The notes: generated by a model from the letters alone, not told the origin. Shown: positions 42,053 through 56,124, counted from the first letter of the stretch. The stretch is 64,000 nt of DNA from Pseudogymnoascus verrucosus (GCA_001662655.1 KV460215.1); one strand, 5' to 3'. Translations and numbers: made by a program.

Positions 42053-42967
42053 CTACTCCGTCGTCCGTCCATACCCCCTAATCCCCTCCGCAAACTTCCA
42101 GCTCTGCCCTTCCAGCACCTCATCCTCCTTCATCTCCACCCCCCCCTTCTTAATAACCGCAATACTATACCGATCCGTACTCCTCGCATCCCTATAATAC
42201 AACACCTTCAAACACTCCTTCACAGCATTCACAGCCTCTTCCTCCGTTATCTCCTTCACAGCCTCATCACTCTTCGCCAGCTTCCTCAACAACGGCACCG
42301 CGAGATGGGCACCAAACCCCGTCGCCAGACAGGGCGCCGAGAAGGTCGTTCCTAGCAGATCCGCGCTAGCCAAGAATGGCTCGTCGGCGCTGTCGAGCCC
42401 GGCGACCAGGAGGTGGTTCCAGAGAGGGTTGAAGTCGGAGCGTCGCTTGTAGAGGACTTTGGAGAGGTAGGTGTGCACGTTTTGGGCGGTGAGGCCATGC
42501 CCGGAGCTGGAGTAGGCTTCTTCGATCGAGAGGGATTGGAGGAGGCGGTCGAGATATTGCATGTCAGAGACGTCGCCGCCGAAACCGATTACGGCGGTCG
42601 GGGGTCCGGAGGAGGAGAAGGCGCGGAGGCGCTTGACGTTTGTGAAGCGTGCGAGGGAGCCGTAGGAGGCTGGCGGGGGGTTAGCGGGTTGGATCTGGGG
42701 TTGGGGGGGAGATGGATTGGAAGGGTTGGGGCTGGGCGTACCAAGGTTGTCAGCGGCGATGACGACGCCGTCTTTGAATTTCAGCCCGATGACTGAGGTT
42801 CCGGTCACGATGGGCTGTTGGGTGTGCTGCGATGGGCCGGCTTGGGAGAGGTAGCTGGCGTCGTAGGCGCCGTAGACGTCGTCTCGGGGCTTGGGGGTAG
42901 TTAGCAGGGTGGTAGCTGTGGTTTGGGGGGGACGTACACGGCCCCAGGCTTGTGGGAGGTGGTTCAT
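42053..42967 (-). CDS. PRE4: 20S proteasome subunit beta-7
   Basis: MNHLPQAWGR, TQQPIVTGTSV, AADNL/ASYGSLARF, GDVSDMQ, NPLWN, TGFGAHLA, LYYRDARS; introns 42890-42937 and 42670-42741. Confidence 0.95.
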   Translation of the reverse strand: MNHLPQAWGRVRPPQTTATTLLTTPKPRDDVYGAYDASYLSQAGPSQHTQQPIVTGTSVIGLKFKDGVVIAADNLGTPSPNPSNPSPPQPQIQPANPPPASYGSLARFTNVKRLRAFSSSGPPTAVIGFGGDVSDMQYLDRLLQSLSIEEAYSSSGHGLTAQNVHTYLSKVLYKRRSDFNPLWNHLLVAGLDSADEPFLASADLLGTTFSAPCLATGFGAHLAVPLLRKLAKSDEAVKEITEEEAVNAVKECLKVLYYRDARSTDRYSIAVIKKGGVEMKEDEVLEGQSWKFAEGIRGYGRTTE

Positions 42968-43244
42968 GATTGTTTGTGTGTGTGTTGGAGGGTTTTGAGG
43001 AGGGAGATGTAGGTGGATTTGTGAGTTTCGTGGGAGGTGTTGTGGATGTCGTGGTGGTGGTGTTGTGAGGTGGAGGTTGATGGGTTCGTTGGTAGGGTGG
43101 TTGCTGAGCTTGAGGTGCAGTCGCGTCGAGCTGGAACCTTGAGCTCTGATCGCTAAGGCAGAAACTTGTTGGTTGCTGGGATATAGCGATCTTATCGCGC
43201 TTGATATCGCAACGCAAGACCGCAACCACGCCTGAAATTCCAGA

Positions 43245-44210
43245 ATGTCTGGATTGGTAGCTTATGAGAGTAGTGATGAGGAAGATGAAGTTGAGGTGCC
43301 CCAAGTTTTGGCGAAAGAAGTGAAGGTATGTTCAATTGCAACTCCAATCACCTATGGTGGCCAGCTACTGACGGTACAGAACACAGGTGGCTGAAATACC
43401 TTCAGACTCACAAATAGACCATAAACATACTGGGAAAGGTACGGATTAAACGCCTAAATTTATATTATATCTATATCTAATAGATTGCTAGATTCAACTA
43501 CGAAAAACCAACATGCACCGCAACCAGAACCGCTGAACGCCCCCACTTCACCTCAAATTCAGCCAGAGGCGCCGATTGTTGGTCCTGCCCTTGGACCAAC
43601 AGCGGCAGATTCAACAGCGTCTCCGCTACCAGAGGATACAGATGACACTACACCTCGCTCACCATATTCGGCCGGCCGAGCGCTGTTGCGCGACCTGACC
43701 ATGCCGCCTGTCCCAAACTTCGATATCCCGCCCTCACCTCCAGGCTCGCCGCCTCCTACCACAGAGAAGAAATTCGCCCATTTCCTCCAGCTGAAAAAGC
43801 AGGGGACACACTTCAACGAGAGGCTAGCGAACTCTTCAGCGCTGAAGAACCCGAGTCTGATGCAGAAACTCATGGATTTTGCGGATGTCAGTGAGGAGGA
43901 TCAGTATGCTACGACGTTACCGAAGGATGTCTGGGATCCGAGTGGGTTCCCGAAATGGGCCTACAAAGATGAACTAGCGAAGAGCCAGCAGCAGGTCCTC
44001 AAGAGGAAAGAAGAGGAGAAGCTAGGAGGACCAAGGGAGTTCGTTCCTGCGTCAGGGTCAGGAGAATCAAGCCGTTCCGCAACGCCCAGCGCAGCGCCGA
44101 GAGGGGTGCCGATGAGCGCCGCGGAGAGAGTCATGGCGGGACTGGACCGTGGAAAGTCGAATTCGCCACAGGTAGCTGGTACGAAGAGGAAGTCGCGGTT
44201 TGAAAGCTGA
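43245..44210 (+). CDS. SAP30BP/HCNGP-like protein
   Basis: MSGLVAYESSDEED start; PPSPPGSP, KFAHFLQLKKQG.HFN..L..S..LKNP.L..KL, TTLP...WDP; two short introns near the 5' end. Confidence 0.82.
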
Positions 44211-45033
44211 GAGACGGCCATCGTGAAGTGGAAGTGACTTTGAGATGAGAAATACATTTTGGCACCTCTGTGTCACGAGATATGTGGCAACAGTCATGGC
44301 AGTCATGCCCCAGCCATGCCAAGGCATCAGGTGGCTACTGTGCGGATAGAAGGGGATCATCACAGCTGCAGGGGCGTAAGGGGCCATCCGCGGATATACG
44401 CGTTCTGCCACACCGGATGGGAGGCTCGGGGGCTCATGTGAATGGTAGGAGCCGGTGATAGGAGCTCATGGCATGCTGATGGATGCAACAAGAGAGCTAA
44501 ATTTAATGAAAATAAAGCTGGGTTTCGAGATGCGAAGCCCATGATACTCTACAGTTTGCATATACACATCAACATCCACTTCCTGCTGCAGGCGTACTTG
44601 ATCCAAGTGAAGTCTAATATTCCAGCCGGCGTACTACAAAAGCAGCAGCATTTACTGAATCACTCTTCTCTTCTCTGTTCTATTCCTTGTCTGGCACTTG
44701 GTCGACTTCAGCCTTCGGACCGGCAATACTTACCACCGGCTGATAGACGCTCGGATCCCCTGGTTACCTGGGCCTGGCGATATTTGTGGAGCCAACTCCA
44801 AGGCAAACCGGCTCCGAGTTTGGATGAGAGCCTCTGGGAAAGAGGTAATCCACCATTTTAAGACATTCGTTAGCTTTAGGCATCCGCGGTATAAGATCTT
44901 GCATAGCCTCACTATTCGCAACTACCCATAGGCACTCGATAGAACGGCGTCGATAGCTGAACCTTAGCTATCAGTTGGGAGAGAGCGCAACGCGGGCCAT
45001 TTAGCACATTGTTGGACCGCGTCGACCATAAGC

Positions 45034-47177
45034 ATGCCTGCCCCGGCCCCGAAATCGTCGCAATTGAAGCGCGCGCGGGTACTTATACCACATGAGCATA
45101 GGTTGTGAGAGTGCTTGCTAACTTTATACGGCAGGGAACTCCAAGCGGGAGCCCGAATAACGAGGTCAAGAAGCCGCGCCGCTCCGAACGTCTCTCGGTG
45201 CCCGAGCAGAAGACTCCAGTTGCGAAGGGACAGCTTCCTTCCCCTATCACGAATAAGGAATCGACAGACTCGAGCCAGGCGTATAAGGAGGTGACTGCAA
45301 CCCCACCAGGAGGCCGTCCGAACCAGCTTCGTCAGCGGACGCCCGATCGCTCTCCGGAGCTGACGTCGGTGTTCTCCTCGCCACCACAGGACACGCAGGC
45401 GTTCTCGCAATACACGAACCCAAAAACTGCGCTTTCAGAATATGTGAAAGATGAGGAGAAAGAGGGCGTTTGGGGGTACCTTCTGCCTTTGAATGCGGAG
45501 TATAAGCAGCCCCTCATTATGCGCAAACGGTCGTCATGCTCGAAACCGCCGACCCTGGATAAGCTGGGTGAAGCCAGTGAGCAAGGCAATGCAAAGGATG
45601 ACAAGGCAGAGGCGCATTCGTCTGGTGGTTACTTAATTGGTCGTCATCCAGAGTGCGGTAAGCAAGCGAGGCCGATTTGGTTGAAGACGTAGCTAATGGT
45701 TCAGATCTCCTCATTGAGGGCCCTATAGTGTCCAACAGGCATTGCTTAATATTCGAAGAAAACAAGGGCGACCAATCTGTTGCCGTTTTGGAAGATTTGT
45801 CGAGCAACGGCACGTTTGTGAATGAGGCACTTATCGGCAGAAACAAGAGGAGAGAGCTCAAGGACAACGATGAGATCACTATCCTCGACAAAGCTAGATT
45901 TCTCTTCAGATACCCACAGTACCGGGAAACAAGCGCATTTCAGGAGCAGTATGAGATCATTGATAAGCTGGGCAAGGGCCATTTCGCAGAAGTTTACTTG
46001 TGCGTGGAGAAGTCCACCGGTCAGCGTTACGCTGTAAAGGTCTTCACGAAGAACCCAGACCTTGAGGAGAGATCTAAGACGGAAGGGTTGCAGCAGGAAA
46101 TTGCCGTGCTAATGGGTGTCTCCCATCCGACCTTGCTGTGTCTAAAAGCTACGTTTGACGAAAAGCATGCGGTTTATCTGGTGCTAGAATTAGCCGTAGA
46201 GGGAGAGCTGTTCAACTTGATTATATTGAAACAGAAGCTCTCAGAAGACGAAACGCGAAAGGTTTTCGTCCAACTCTTCGAGGGGATCAAGTACCTGGTA
46301 AGCTTATACTCGTCAAGCGATTTGCCCTTCCATCTCTAACAAGATATAGCACGAGAGGAATATTGTCCACCGCGACATCAAGCCAGAGAATATCCTACTC
46401 ACCGACAAAGACCTCCACATCAAAATTGCCGACTTCGGCCTCGCCAAAATCGTCGGCGAAGACTCCTTCACCACAACCCTCTGCGGCACCCCCAGCTACG
46501 TCGCCCCCGAAATCCTCGAAGACACGAAAAACCGCCGCTACTCCCGCGCCGTAGACATCTGGTCCCTCGGCGTCGTCCTGTACATCTGCCTCTGCGGCTT
46601 CCCCCCATTCTCCGACGAGTTGTACACGCGCGAGGCGCCGTACACGCTGCACGAGCAGATCAAAATGGGTCGTTTCGACTACCCATCCCCGTACTGGGAC
46701 CCGGTTAGCGATCTGGCACTTGAGCTCATCGATAACATGCTCACGGTGGACGTGAACAAGCGCTACACCATCGACGACTGCCTCGCCCACCCGTGGACGA
46801 CGCAGCGCCCGATCAATTTGAATGATAGCACTGATGGCCTTGTGAGCGCCGTCGCGGGACTGGACTTCTCGAAGCGCAAGGTCGCGCGCGAGAGGACGTT
46901 GTTGGCTAGTATCAATGATGTTATGGTGAGCAAGGTTGTGGGCACGCAGAAGAGCAAGGATGCTGTGAAGGTGTTTGTCAAGAACCCGGGCAGTGAGAAT
47001 AAAGTCAACAAGTCTATTGCGAAGGCTATCGGTGACGGACCCGCTGAGGCGCGGCCGGCGGATAACAGGAAGCTGCAGGAGTTTATGGCTGCGGGAGGAT
47101 TGGGGGACTCGCCGCTGTTTGCAGATGATGAGGATAGCCAGTATGCGGCGAAGGGGTCTGCGGGGAAGAAGCGCTGA
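45034..47177 (+). CDS. FHA-domain checkpoint kinase (Chk2/Cds1/Dun1-like)
   Basis: FHA IGRHPEC..VSNRH..DLSSNGTFVN; kinase LGKGHFAEV, AVK, HRDIKPEN, DFG, CGTPSYVAPE; N-terminal TQ/SQ sites. Confidence 0.92.
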
Positions 47178-48427
47178 TGGGTCGGCTGGGGAGCAGGGGT
47201 GTAGGAAAAGGGGGTTGGAGTTCTCGGGTATGTAAGATGTGATATACGCTGGTACGGGCTCGATGCATGGAAGCCCAGTTGGTGTTACAGGTGCCATGTA
47301 TAGCAGTATCACGGACGGCGACCGGTTGCAGGTTGCTCGCCGTAGCTCCTCCTGGTGGCGTTGGCTTGGGATGGGGGGAGAGGCTGGCGTGGGTGGGGGT
47401 TATATAAGTGCTGTTGGGTTGGTGGGGCGGGATATGGCGTTTGTTTGCAAAACATAAATATATGGATAAATCATATCATACATATTGATCTAAATCTTAT
47501 TTGACTCTTTCCGTGCTGGTGTTCGGCAGGGACATGGGCGTGATCCTCCTCTCGGTTCGGACTCCCGTTTCTGGGCGAAGACAGTAGCCTTCAGATACAA
47601 CAGGGCCGCGAGAAGATCTCTCTTTCTCCAAACATAAATTGATCGAATGCCATATGAACCAGAGCATGGCTGCCTCGTTTGATCCAGTAGCATTTTGTAC
47701 GGTCACCTTGGTGTAAGGTTGTTACAGTTGTTTCGGGCAGCGTCTGGGGTGGTGAAGCAAAGTGTGGTGGCAGCGAATTGTAGCAACAGAAAAAAGGAAA
47801 CGACAGCAAAAGGCACCGACGACAGCAAAGCGCGCGGCGATAGCAACATAGATGGCCTCCGAAATGTTTCCAGCCCGCCTGCAATCATGCGGTTCACGTT
47901 GATCTGATGCTCCTGCCCTGGTCTCCGCATCCTTGCATACATTTGTGGCTTGGTGTTTCTATTCCACCAGACGGAAACCTCTTTATCATATGGAGGCCCC
48001 GTACCACAAGTGCTGGGGGGGGTGGGTTCCAGCTGTGAACTTCAGCATCTTTGAATCTTTCCAGTCAACAAAGCAGGAAATATGCTTTCTCGTTACATCC
48101 TTCAAGACTCAAGGGTAAACAGTTGCTCCATCTTGATATCATTCATTACAGTGAGATTCTGTTTACTTTTACAACCTAGGGTGCCCTGGAGTTTCCCTCT
48201 AAACGCCTTGTATGTATGCCACGCTTTACAAATCCAAAACCCATAACCACCCCGCTATAAGCAAGCGCCGGTGTTTCCCAATCCCAATATCCCCATCTGC
48301 CCTTCCCCCTATATATACTTACAAACCCTTCTATACATCCCCCCTATCGCACAATTATAAGTCGTTATCGTTCTCACAACCCCCTAATTCCCGCTCCTCC
48401 AGTAGAATAAAACGCCCATCCAACGAT

Positions 48428-50645
48428 CTAGGCCACGCTCCCACTCATCGTCATAAACAGCGCCTGCAGCGCCAAACTAATACTCCAGATCCCCACCTTC
48501 TTGAACCTGCGCATACGCGCCTGGCTATCCGTCACGTCCTTCGCAAACGCATCATACGTCTCCCCTGACAAGTCCTCCATCAACCCACAATCATAGATCG
48601 TCCACGATCCGTCAAACTCATGCGACTTCTTGACGATGCGGCAGTTAATTGGAATGAACGTCTTCCGGGAATTGATGTACGCGACGATGGGCCGGATGAG
48701 GGCCTGGTTGATGTAACTCAGATCGCGGGTGAAGAGCGGGACGGCGGCGCGTACATCGTTTAGGTGGACTTTCATGTCCATGATCAGGAAGCGCTTGTCG
48801 TGATCGATTGCGTTTTGGGCCTCGAAAGCGGCGCGCTGCTCGGGAGTGTCGAGGTCGGCGGTGTAGGGGTTGTTCTCGAGGAAGTTGCGGTAGCGGTTGG
48901 AGGTGACGGTTGCTTCGAGGCGGTCGTAGAGGTCGGACATGACTTTACCGATCGACTCGTCGCTGTCGGCGGGGAACATGATGTCGGCTACGATGTCGAC
49001 GTTGCCTTCGTAGATCCAGCCGAAGAGGCCCTCGACGCCACGGTTTAGGTGGTCGATTTTGAGACCGTCGATGCGCATGCGGCTGTGCTTCTTCCATACG
49101 TCTGGGTTGCCGTATTCGGTGTTGTGTCCTGGGCTGTGGCTTTGGTGGGGGTGGATGTTGAAGAGAGATCCATCGAATGAGCCGGACATTTGGTTAGCGG
49201 AGAGGAAGTCGTAGAACAGCCACTGTTTGCGCAGCTGGGGTAACTCGCAGGTGTACACGCTGACGGAGTATGGACGGAATCCTTTCGGTTGGTGTATTGT
49301 AAGCAGCAGATCTTCCATCTTAAAATTTTCAATCTCAAAGTCTCCAACCTGGTGCACATGTTTATACAATCTGGGGTCGACATATTCATCAGGCCAAACC
49401 ACATGTGTCCTGTCGAGAACTCCTCGGACCCCTTTAATCTCAACATCCTTCAAGAGGCCTTTGCCATTCCACCACTTGGCAAAGGACAGTGTGACATTCA
49501 CCGCGTCGAGAGTAACGTCGAATTGGGTGTAGTTCCCATCATCTTCTAATTCCTCTGGCTCCGCAGAGCCATCTTGGTCTGCCTGTCGCTTTGCTGCAGC
49601 CGCAGCAGCAGCTGTTAGGGATGAACCCTTGCTAACTTTGCTCGGTCCCTGACCCGGTCGTCTGGAGACAAAGACGTTTGCAAATGATATGACGCCGTTC
49701 CTCCATTTTGGCACAACAGCGCTTTCGAAAACAACCTTCACGCCCGTTGACTGGGTCAAGTAATCACCAACCCATCGAGCAAGTGTTTCTAGATAACAAG
49801 TTAGCGCATTTCAGTACCCAGCTACTGCGTTCCAAGAACATACCTTGAGCAACAACTGTATTAATAGCCAAAATGAGAAGTGAAACGAATGTAGTTGTTC
49901 CGACTAAGATCCAGACGATATGCCCCAGAACGAACCAAGAAACAAATGCGCTCCAGTCATCCACATTCCAAGGCCGTGAGCTTCTAATGGAAAACCACTT
50001 GAACCGAATCTGTAACCTCGACCAGAAGCCCGTCGCAGCAGCCAGCAACTCCTCCTTCGTTGGTCGATGCGGCATCTTGGGAAGGTGCGGAAGGTGGAAA
50101 TATGAGTGGTTCCCCGCATCTTCAGGAGTGCCTTCTGGCTTCGTGTGTGGCGCGGTCGACTTCTTTGCAGCGTCTTCCTTATCGCCTTCTGGTTTCGTGC
50201 TCTTTAGTCGTTTCGCAGTGTTCGGCGGTATTATCGTTGTTTTCTCGCTCGCCCAGGCTTTGTCTGGTATCCTCGGAATTTGCTGGTGTATGTGTCTCCT
50301 CCATAGGTTCCCAGCCAAGAGTGAGGTCTGCTTATGTCCGGTCCCTTTGGCTATAAAAGCCGGCCTTCCTAACGCGCCTGCGCGTGCATTATCCGGTCCG
50401 CTGGTAGCGGTTTGGTTTCCCAGTATTCCTCGGGAGGAAATACTTTGTCGTCCCCCATGCTGTGTAGTCGCTGTTCGTGATGCCGTCGGCCTGGAATGAA
50501 CATTTGTTCGGTGTGAAGTTGCAAACCCCCTAATGTGAGGATGCGATGATACCGGCACTGGCGGACGCGATTTCGCTGTGAAAAAAGGGATGGCCGATGA
50601 CCACAGCTGAGTCCGCAGCTTCGCATGCCCCATATTCGCTGCCAT
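48428..50645 (-). CDS. MDM31: Mitochondrial distribution and morphology protein 31
   Basis: Basic presequence-like N-terminus; RL.IRFKWFSIRS.RPWN.DD.SAF.SW, GTTTF, FE.A.VP.W..G.I.F.NV.VSRRP, NYTQFD; one intron about 49789-49843. Confidence 0.9.
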
Positions 50646-51093
50646 ATCTCTCTAGCTCATCATTGTCGTAGCATGAGAGCTGCAGCTTGTCACCTTGTTG
50701 AAAGCATGGAAAGCGGTGTTTATATGAGTGCTTAAACTTGTTAATGTGAGTTAAGTTTCACCTCGAATATGCACTTTGTAATGACGGAAACAAAGTTCAT
50801 AAGCGCCAATCAGCAAGGCTCCTTGGCTTGCGTACCCACAAGTCACTCTCGCCCTCATCCTGGAAAAAAGGTCGAACAGCGGCCCGTGCTGGAAGAAAAC
50901 ACGCTAAGCCTTTTTTGTGATGGGGGGGTTCATGCGATAAACTCACAAAAAAGTCGAGATTAGATCTCTCAGATAAAAGAAAACTGATCGACGACGACGA
51001 CAACGAAGGGCTTGCGAAAATTTCACACAACCACGGCACCTTCTCTTCCATAAACCATTCATTATCTCCAGCCTTTGAGGTACAAACTGCACC

Positions 51094-51908
51094 ATGTCCG
51101 CCCCAACTGCGTTGTTGCGCAACCCAGAAGAAATCATATCTGCACCCGAATCCATCCCACTTCCACAAATTGGTGAGTTCCTCTTCCTGTGGCCCTAGAA
51201 TCCCATACTGACTATTCCCCAGAAGATGAAGAACTCATCCTCGACACCGAGATGGACGTCGGCGGCGTCTCCCTCATCGCCGCCCCAGCCACGGACGAAA
51301 TGACCATCGACGAAGAAGGCCGCCCAGTCTTTGCCCCCGCCCAAAACAGCGACGGTCCCGTGCGCATCGACTCGCGCAAAGTCCCCATCCCACCCCACCG
51401 CATGTCCCCCCTCAAGAACGAATGGCCCAAGATCTACCCTCCGCTCGTGGAGCACCTCAAGCTGCAGGTGCGCATGAACGTGCCGCGGAAGGCCGTCGAG
51501 CTGCGCACGTCAAAGTTCACTACCGATACGGGGGCGCTGCAGAAGGGTGAGGATTTCGTGAAGGCGTTCACGCTGGGCTTTGATACCGATGATGCTATTG
51601 CCCTGCTGAGGTTGGACGATTTGTATATTGAGACGTTTGAGATTAAGGATGTGAAGACGCTGCAGGGTGAGCATTTGGGCCGTGCGATCGGTCGTATTGC
51701 GGGTAAGGACGGGAAGACGAAGTTTGCGATCGAGAATGCGTCGAAGACGAGAGTGGTGTTGGCGGATAGCAAGATCCATATTCTAGGTGGATTCAAGAAT
51801 ATCAGGATTGCGAGAGAGGCCATAGTGAGCTTGATCTTGGGTTCGCCGCCTGGAAAGGTTTACGGGAACTTGAGGAAGGTCGCCTCGAGAATGAAGGAGA
51901 GGTTCTAA
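51094..51908 (+). CDS. PNO1: Pre-rRNA processing KH-domain protein Pno1/Dim2
   Basis: VPIPPHRMSPLK, IYPPLVEHLKLQVRMN, RAIGRIAGKDGKTKFAIEN, GSPPGKVYGNLR; intron about 51173-51222. Confidence 0.95.
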
Positions 51909-52368
51909 GGGATTGGTTGTGGGGTGAAAAGGGGTGGGGGAAGCACGTTGCATAGAGAGGCGTTTGGAGTCAGATACAGTTTATGAAAAGGCATGACGTT
52001 GTTGGGCGTTCAACAAAACGATACGAAACTTTCAACGATATATAGTCGATGAATACTATAATGAAAAATAAAATCATTGTATGATAACGGTTCGTGTGCT
52101 AGTAGATACGCAATGCGTGCCTGTCTCTCCCGCCCATATTTCCTACATTCAAACCAATGGTATTTTTGAGCGAGTTACATATCCTACTGCCCTCCTCCAA
52201 TGCGGCTTTGGCTCTCTTGGGTATCCTTGTGCGGCCACTCCCTCAATACATCGAGAGAGAAGGCATGTCAAGGGGGATAACAATAAACTGATTTTCATGC
52301 TATGCGTAGTTTCCATTATGATGCGCCTGAACTCCTCGCCACGGTCGTATGCTGGGACGTTTTCCCAT

Positions 52369-53614
52369 TCAAGAGTCGATTCGAGGTGGTGACCTTGACA
52401 CAGACTTCTTTCCTTTGGATTTAGAGGCACTAGAGCTTCTATATTCATCGTTTCTACGGGTGGTTAGCATATTTACTTCGGGTCTGCTGATCTGTGAGGC
52501 GCCTTACGATCTCCGCCTCTCGCCCTCCTTTCTGAAAGTCTCAATAATCCTCAGCATCTCCTTCCTTCCTCCATTAGCATCAACCATCTTCCCACCCATA
52601 CTCATGCTGATCTTCTCCTTGGCATTCGCGCTCAGCAGCCTCTTAAGCAGCAAATGTCTCATCTGGATGCAAACATAAACCCCGCAATCACTTCCGTTTT
52701 CTTGTTGCGGGCTGTCGTCTAGGTTCATAAAACGGAGGGGCTTTCCAATTAATATGCTCAGTTTATGGGTAGCATTGGCGGCTTCGTTGTAGTTTGAGGG
52801 CGACATCGAATCGTAGTGAAATGCCACGCCATCAATTATGGAGACCAGAAGTAAGGACCAGTGAGAACCACCTTCGGCCACCGAGACGTTGCGGGCATCG
52901 TTTATTGGGAGAAAGATGTGTGTTGTGCGTGTGAAGTCCGGGAGGGCCTCTCTGAGAGTGTGCGGGTTCGGAGTCTGCATAAGCATGAATGCCATCGAGG
53001 GTCGGAGAAGAACGATGTGAGACGTTGGGTATTGAGATAGTTGCTCGCGCTCAAGATATCTAATAGGTTAGCTAGGTCGTCTAGTGGTCGAATGTATCGC
53101 TTACTCTTCCCAGAAGGAGATTGTCTGGAGGGTATCATTAGCATTGTGTCGACTCAGGCAAGCCAGAAAAACTTACGTTGTCTGTTAACCAGTCATCTTT
53201 GAGTGTATCAACATCTTCTTTCGTCACTGCGGGCATATCAGTCTATGTTTGTCGATAAAAGCGAGCGGATATACAAACATCGAGTGTCGTAATCTATGGG
53301 GCATATTAGCTTTGTCTTCTTAAACCACCACTGGGCGAGAACTTACAACTCAAGTATGCATCGTCGGGGGAGAGCTGTATAAAACTCGAATTAGCTTTTG
53401 GTCTCTTGCGATCCTAGTCTTGGTCTCGTCCGCGCTCATATGGCGAACTTGGTCTCCAGTAGCCCACAGGGTTACCGAGGCAAAGGGTCCATTTAGCAGC
53501 GACGCAACAAGAGGTGAGGGCGCAGAATGAAGGCGAAATAAACAAACATACACTATCTCCAAAGTGACGGCTCACTCTTCCCTTGAAAGGATGAAATCCT
53601 CCGTCGCGGGGCAT
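52369..53614 (-). CDS. NEDD8-specific Ulp-family (C48) protease, SENP8/DEN1/DenA-like, with several micro-exons
   Basis: Spliced LSPDDAYLS/YYDTR/LTKEDVDTLKDDWLTDN/TISFWEE/YLE; FLPIND, GGSHWSLL, HYDS, QQENGSDCG catalytic motifs. Confidence 0.88.
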
Positions 53615-54327
53615 CCTTTCACGATTTTCCTGGGCGGAGATGCGACCTGCAAGTTGGTGATGCGGGCTGCGACGCGGGGTCAAACTGCGGGGGAGCGAGG
53701 GTCTGGCTTGGTGACTGAGGGGTCCAAAGGACGTCTGCCAGAATAAGATATATTTCGGGGTATTATATATTATATATCGAATATGCCGAAGCCGTTTCGG
53801 CTTGTCGACACTGTGGTGGTTCAGTCGCCGCCGCTCCTTCGACGAAGTAGTGAAGGGTACGAATCGCCAAGCGGTCGCTGGTGGGGCTGCGAACAACCAG
53901 GAATACCAGAAAGGCCAGGAAAGTTTGGCGAGACCCGACTCGATGGCGTTAAACCTCAACAGGTACAGCTCCGGGAACGATTTAGTATTGGTTAAGTTAT
54001 GCTAAATAAAGCCAACTACCAGCCTCGTCATAAGCTGCGGTCCGTTTTACTCGTAGTAGTACTGGTGAACTGGCGCGCGCCTCATTCAATTTCAGAGTTT
54101 TATGAACACCACAGCCTCATTTACACCCTGCAGCTTCTCAATACCGCCAATGGCTATGCTATGACGTAGCAGTTGTGGATATACACAATTGAGCTGCGGC
54201 AGCTTACTTTGCGGCCGATAAGAATCACTTGGCGCTAGCGACGAAGAGAGAAGCAAGCCTCACTGACGCGTGCACTGTTCAGCATCAGTGTCACAGAATA
54301 CAGTATTCACTGCGCATAGCAGTAGAT

Positions 54328-56124
54328 ATGGAAGATGCACCCTATGACTCGTCGCCTCCGAGGCATGGCCACATCCCACGGCTCAAAGGGTTCCTTCCGC
54401 TCAACGATGAGAGCCCAATGGCGTTGCATAACGCAGGTGTCTTGAATTCGTTGATACGAACACGCTCCAATACGTCGCTCCATAGGCTGAGACGCCCTCC
54501 ATCTATTATCGTCAACGATGAAGAAGTCGGGGAACGAGTATCATGGCGATGGGATGGCGAAGATTCGCCCCAGTTGCGAAGAGCAAGCTCGGTGCTATAT
54601 GGACCGCAGATGCGAAGTATGCGATTAATTGGAAATAGTAACCCGAGATATAACTGGAAGAGATACTGGAAGACTGAGGAGGAATTAAAGCTCATGAAAA
54701 AGCCAATGTAAGTGTTCTTCTTCCAATGCTTGGTTTTGTACCCCGCGGTTCCTGGGTACCTGTGGGACGCTGTGCGGCTGTGAAACATTGTGGCCAAGCC
54801 CAAAGACTTGGTGCTCTCAGATCGTATACTGACTTCAACAGTCGCCAGTACTACGAGCGAACAAACTTGCTCATCCAGCAATACATTTATATTGACCGCC
54901 TCCTCGATTCCTCGCTGCCTCACGATTTGCTCAATGAGTATAACATCAGTCGCGATCAACCCGATGTTCCAGCAACCATATCTGAAGAACAACCATCTGC
55001 AAATGAAGACCCTGGAAGCCGAACAGAGCCCAATGGCACCAGTTCAAACAACAAGAAGATAAAGCGGACCCCTAGGGACTTGTACAAAGTTCCCTCCGAA
55101 GATACGCCACTTTTGGAGTTCTCAGACGACGAGGATGGCCCAAGACCAGAAATACCTGGCATGAGCGATGACAGTGTCGAAAGTGGTGATAGGATCGTTC
55201 AGCTTGCCATATATGTAAATCTGGCCGCAAACATTGTTCTGCTGGGAGGTAAAATGGCAGTCATTGTACTCACGAGCTCGTTGTCCGTCCTGGCATCCCT
55301 TGTAGATGGTGCACTCGACCTTTTGAGTACAGTTATTGTGTGGACGACAACAAGGTTGATCGCTAGGCAGGATCGGTATCGTTATCCTGTTGGGCGGCGA
55401 CGCCTTGAACCAATCGGTGTACTGGTATTTTCAGTCATCATGGTAACCTGCTTTTTCCAAGTTGCCCTGGAGTGTTTCAACCGTTTGAACTCGGGAGACC
55501 ACTCCATCATCCAGCTTGGCGTACCATCCATCGCCATCATGGCTTCGACTGTGGTAATCAAAGCCCTGTGCTGGCTTTGGTGCCGAGTCATCAAGAACTC
55601 GAGCGTGCAGGCGCTGGCGCAAGATGCTGAAACAGACGTCATCTTCAATATATTCTCTATAATATTTCCTCTAGGTAAGTTTTTATTCCTGCTGCTATAT
55701 AGGCACTATTCTGATATTTATAGTTGGATATTACGCGAATCTCTGGTGGCTTGACGGGCTCGGTGGTCTTCTCCTCTCGGCTTACGTTATAATCAACTGG
55801 GCTGGCACTTCCGCAGGGCATATCCGCAACCTCACTGGCGCCGCCGCTACTGCTGACGAGCGCAACGTGCTTCTCTACCTGACCATGCGGTTTGCAAAGA
55901 CCATAAAACAGATCCAGGGCTTGGAAGCTTACCATTCAGGGGATAAACTCAATGTGGAGGTCGATATAGTTCTCGATGAGACGACGAGCCTGCGAGATAG
56001 CCATGATTTAGGAGAGAGTCTTCAGTATGTTTTGGAGTCGGTGCCGACGGTGGATAGGGCATTTGTACATCAAGATTATGCAAGCTGGAACTTGCCGAGT
56101 CATATGCAACAGCAGGCGGAGTAA
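54328..56124 (+). CDS. Cation diffusion facilitator (Mn-CDF/MTP8-like) transporter
   Basis: SLSVLASLVDGALDLLS, YPVGRRRLEPIGV, ALAQDAETD, AYHSG..LNVEVDIV, LRDSHDLGESLQ, RAFVH.DY; two introns. Confidence 0.9.

Noticed and set aside
42968..43225. N-terminal extension of the PRE4 ORF in the track
   Set aside because: Starts at a non-ATG codon in promoter/UTR DNA; the conserved start is MNHLPQAWGR at 42967.
47490..47942. Small secreted protein on the minus strand (hydrophobic VPFAVVSFFLLLQFAA)
   Set aside because: Short, stop-interrupted, no convincing splice model or family motif.
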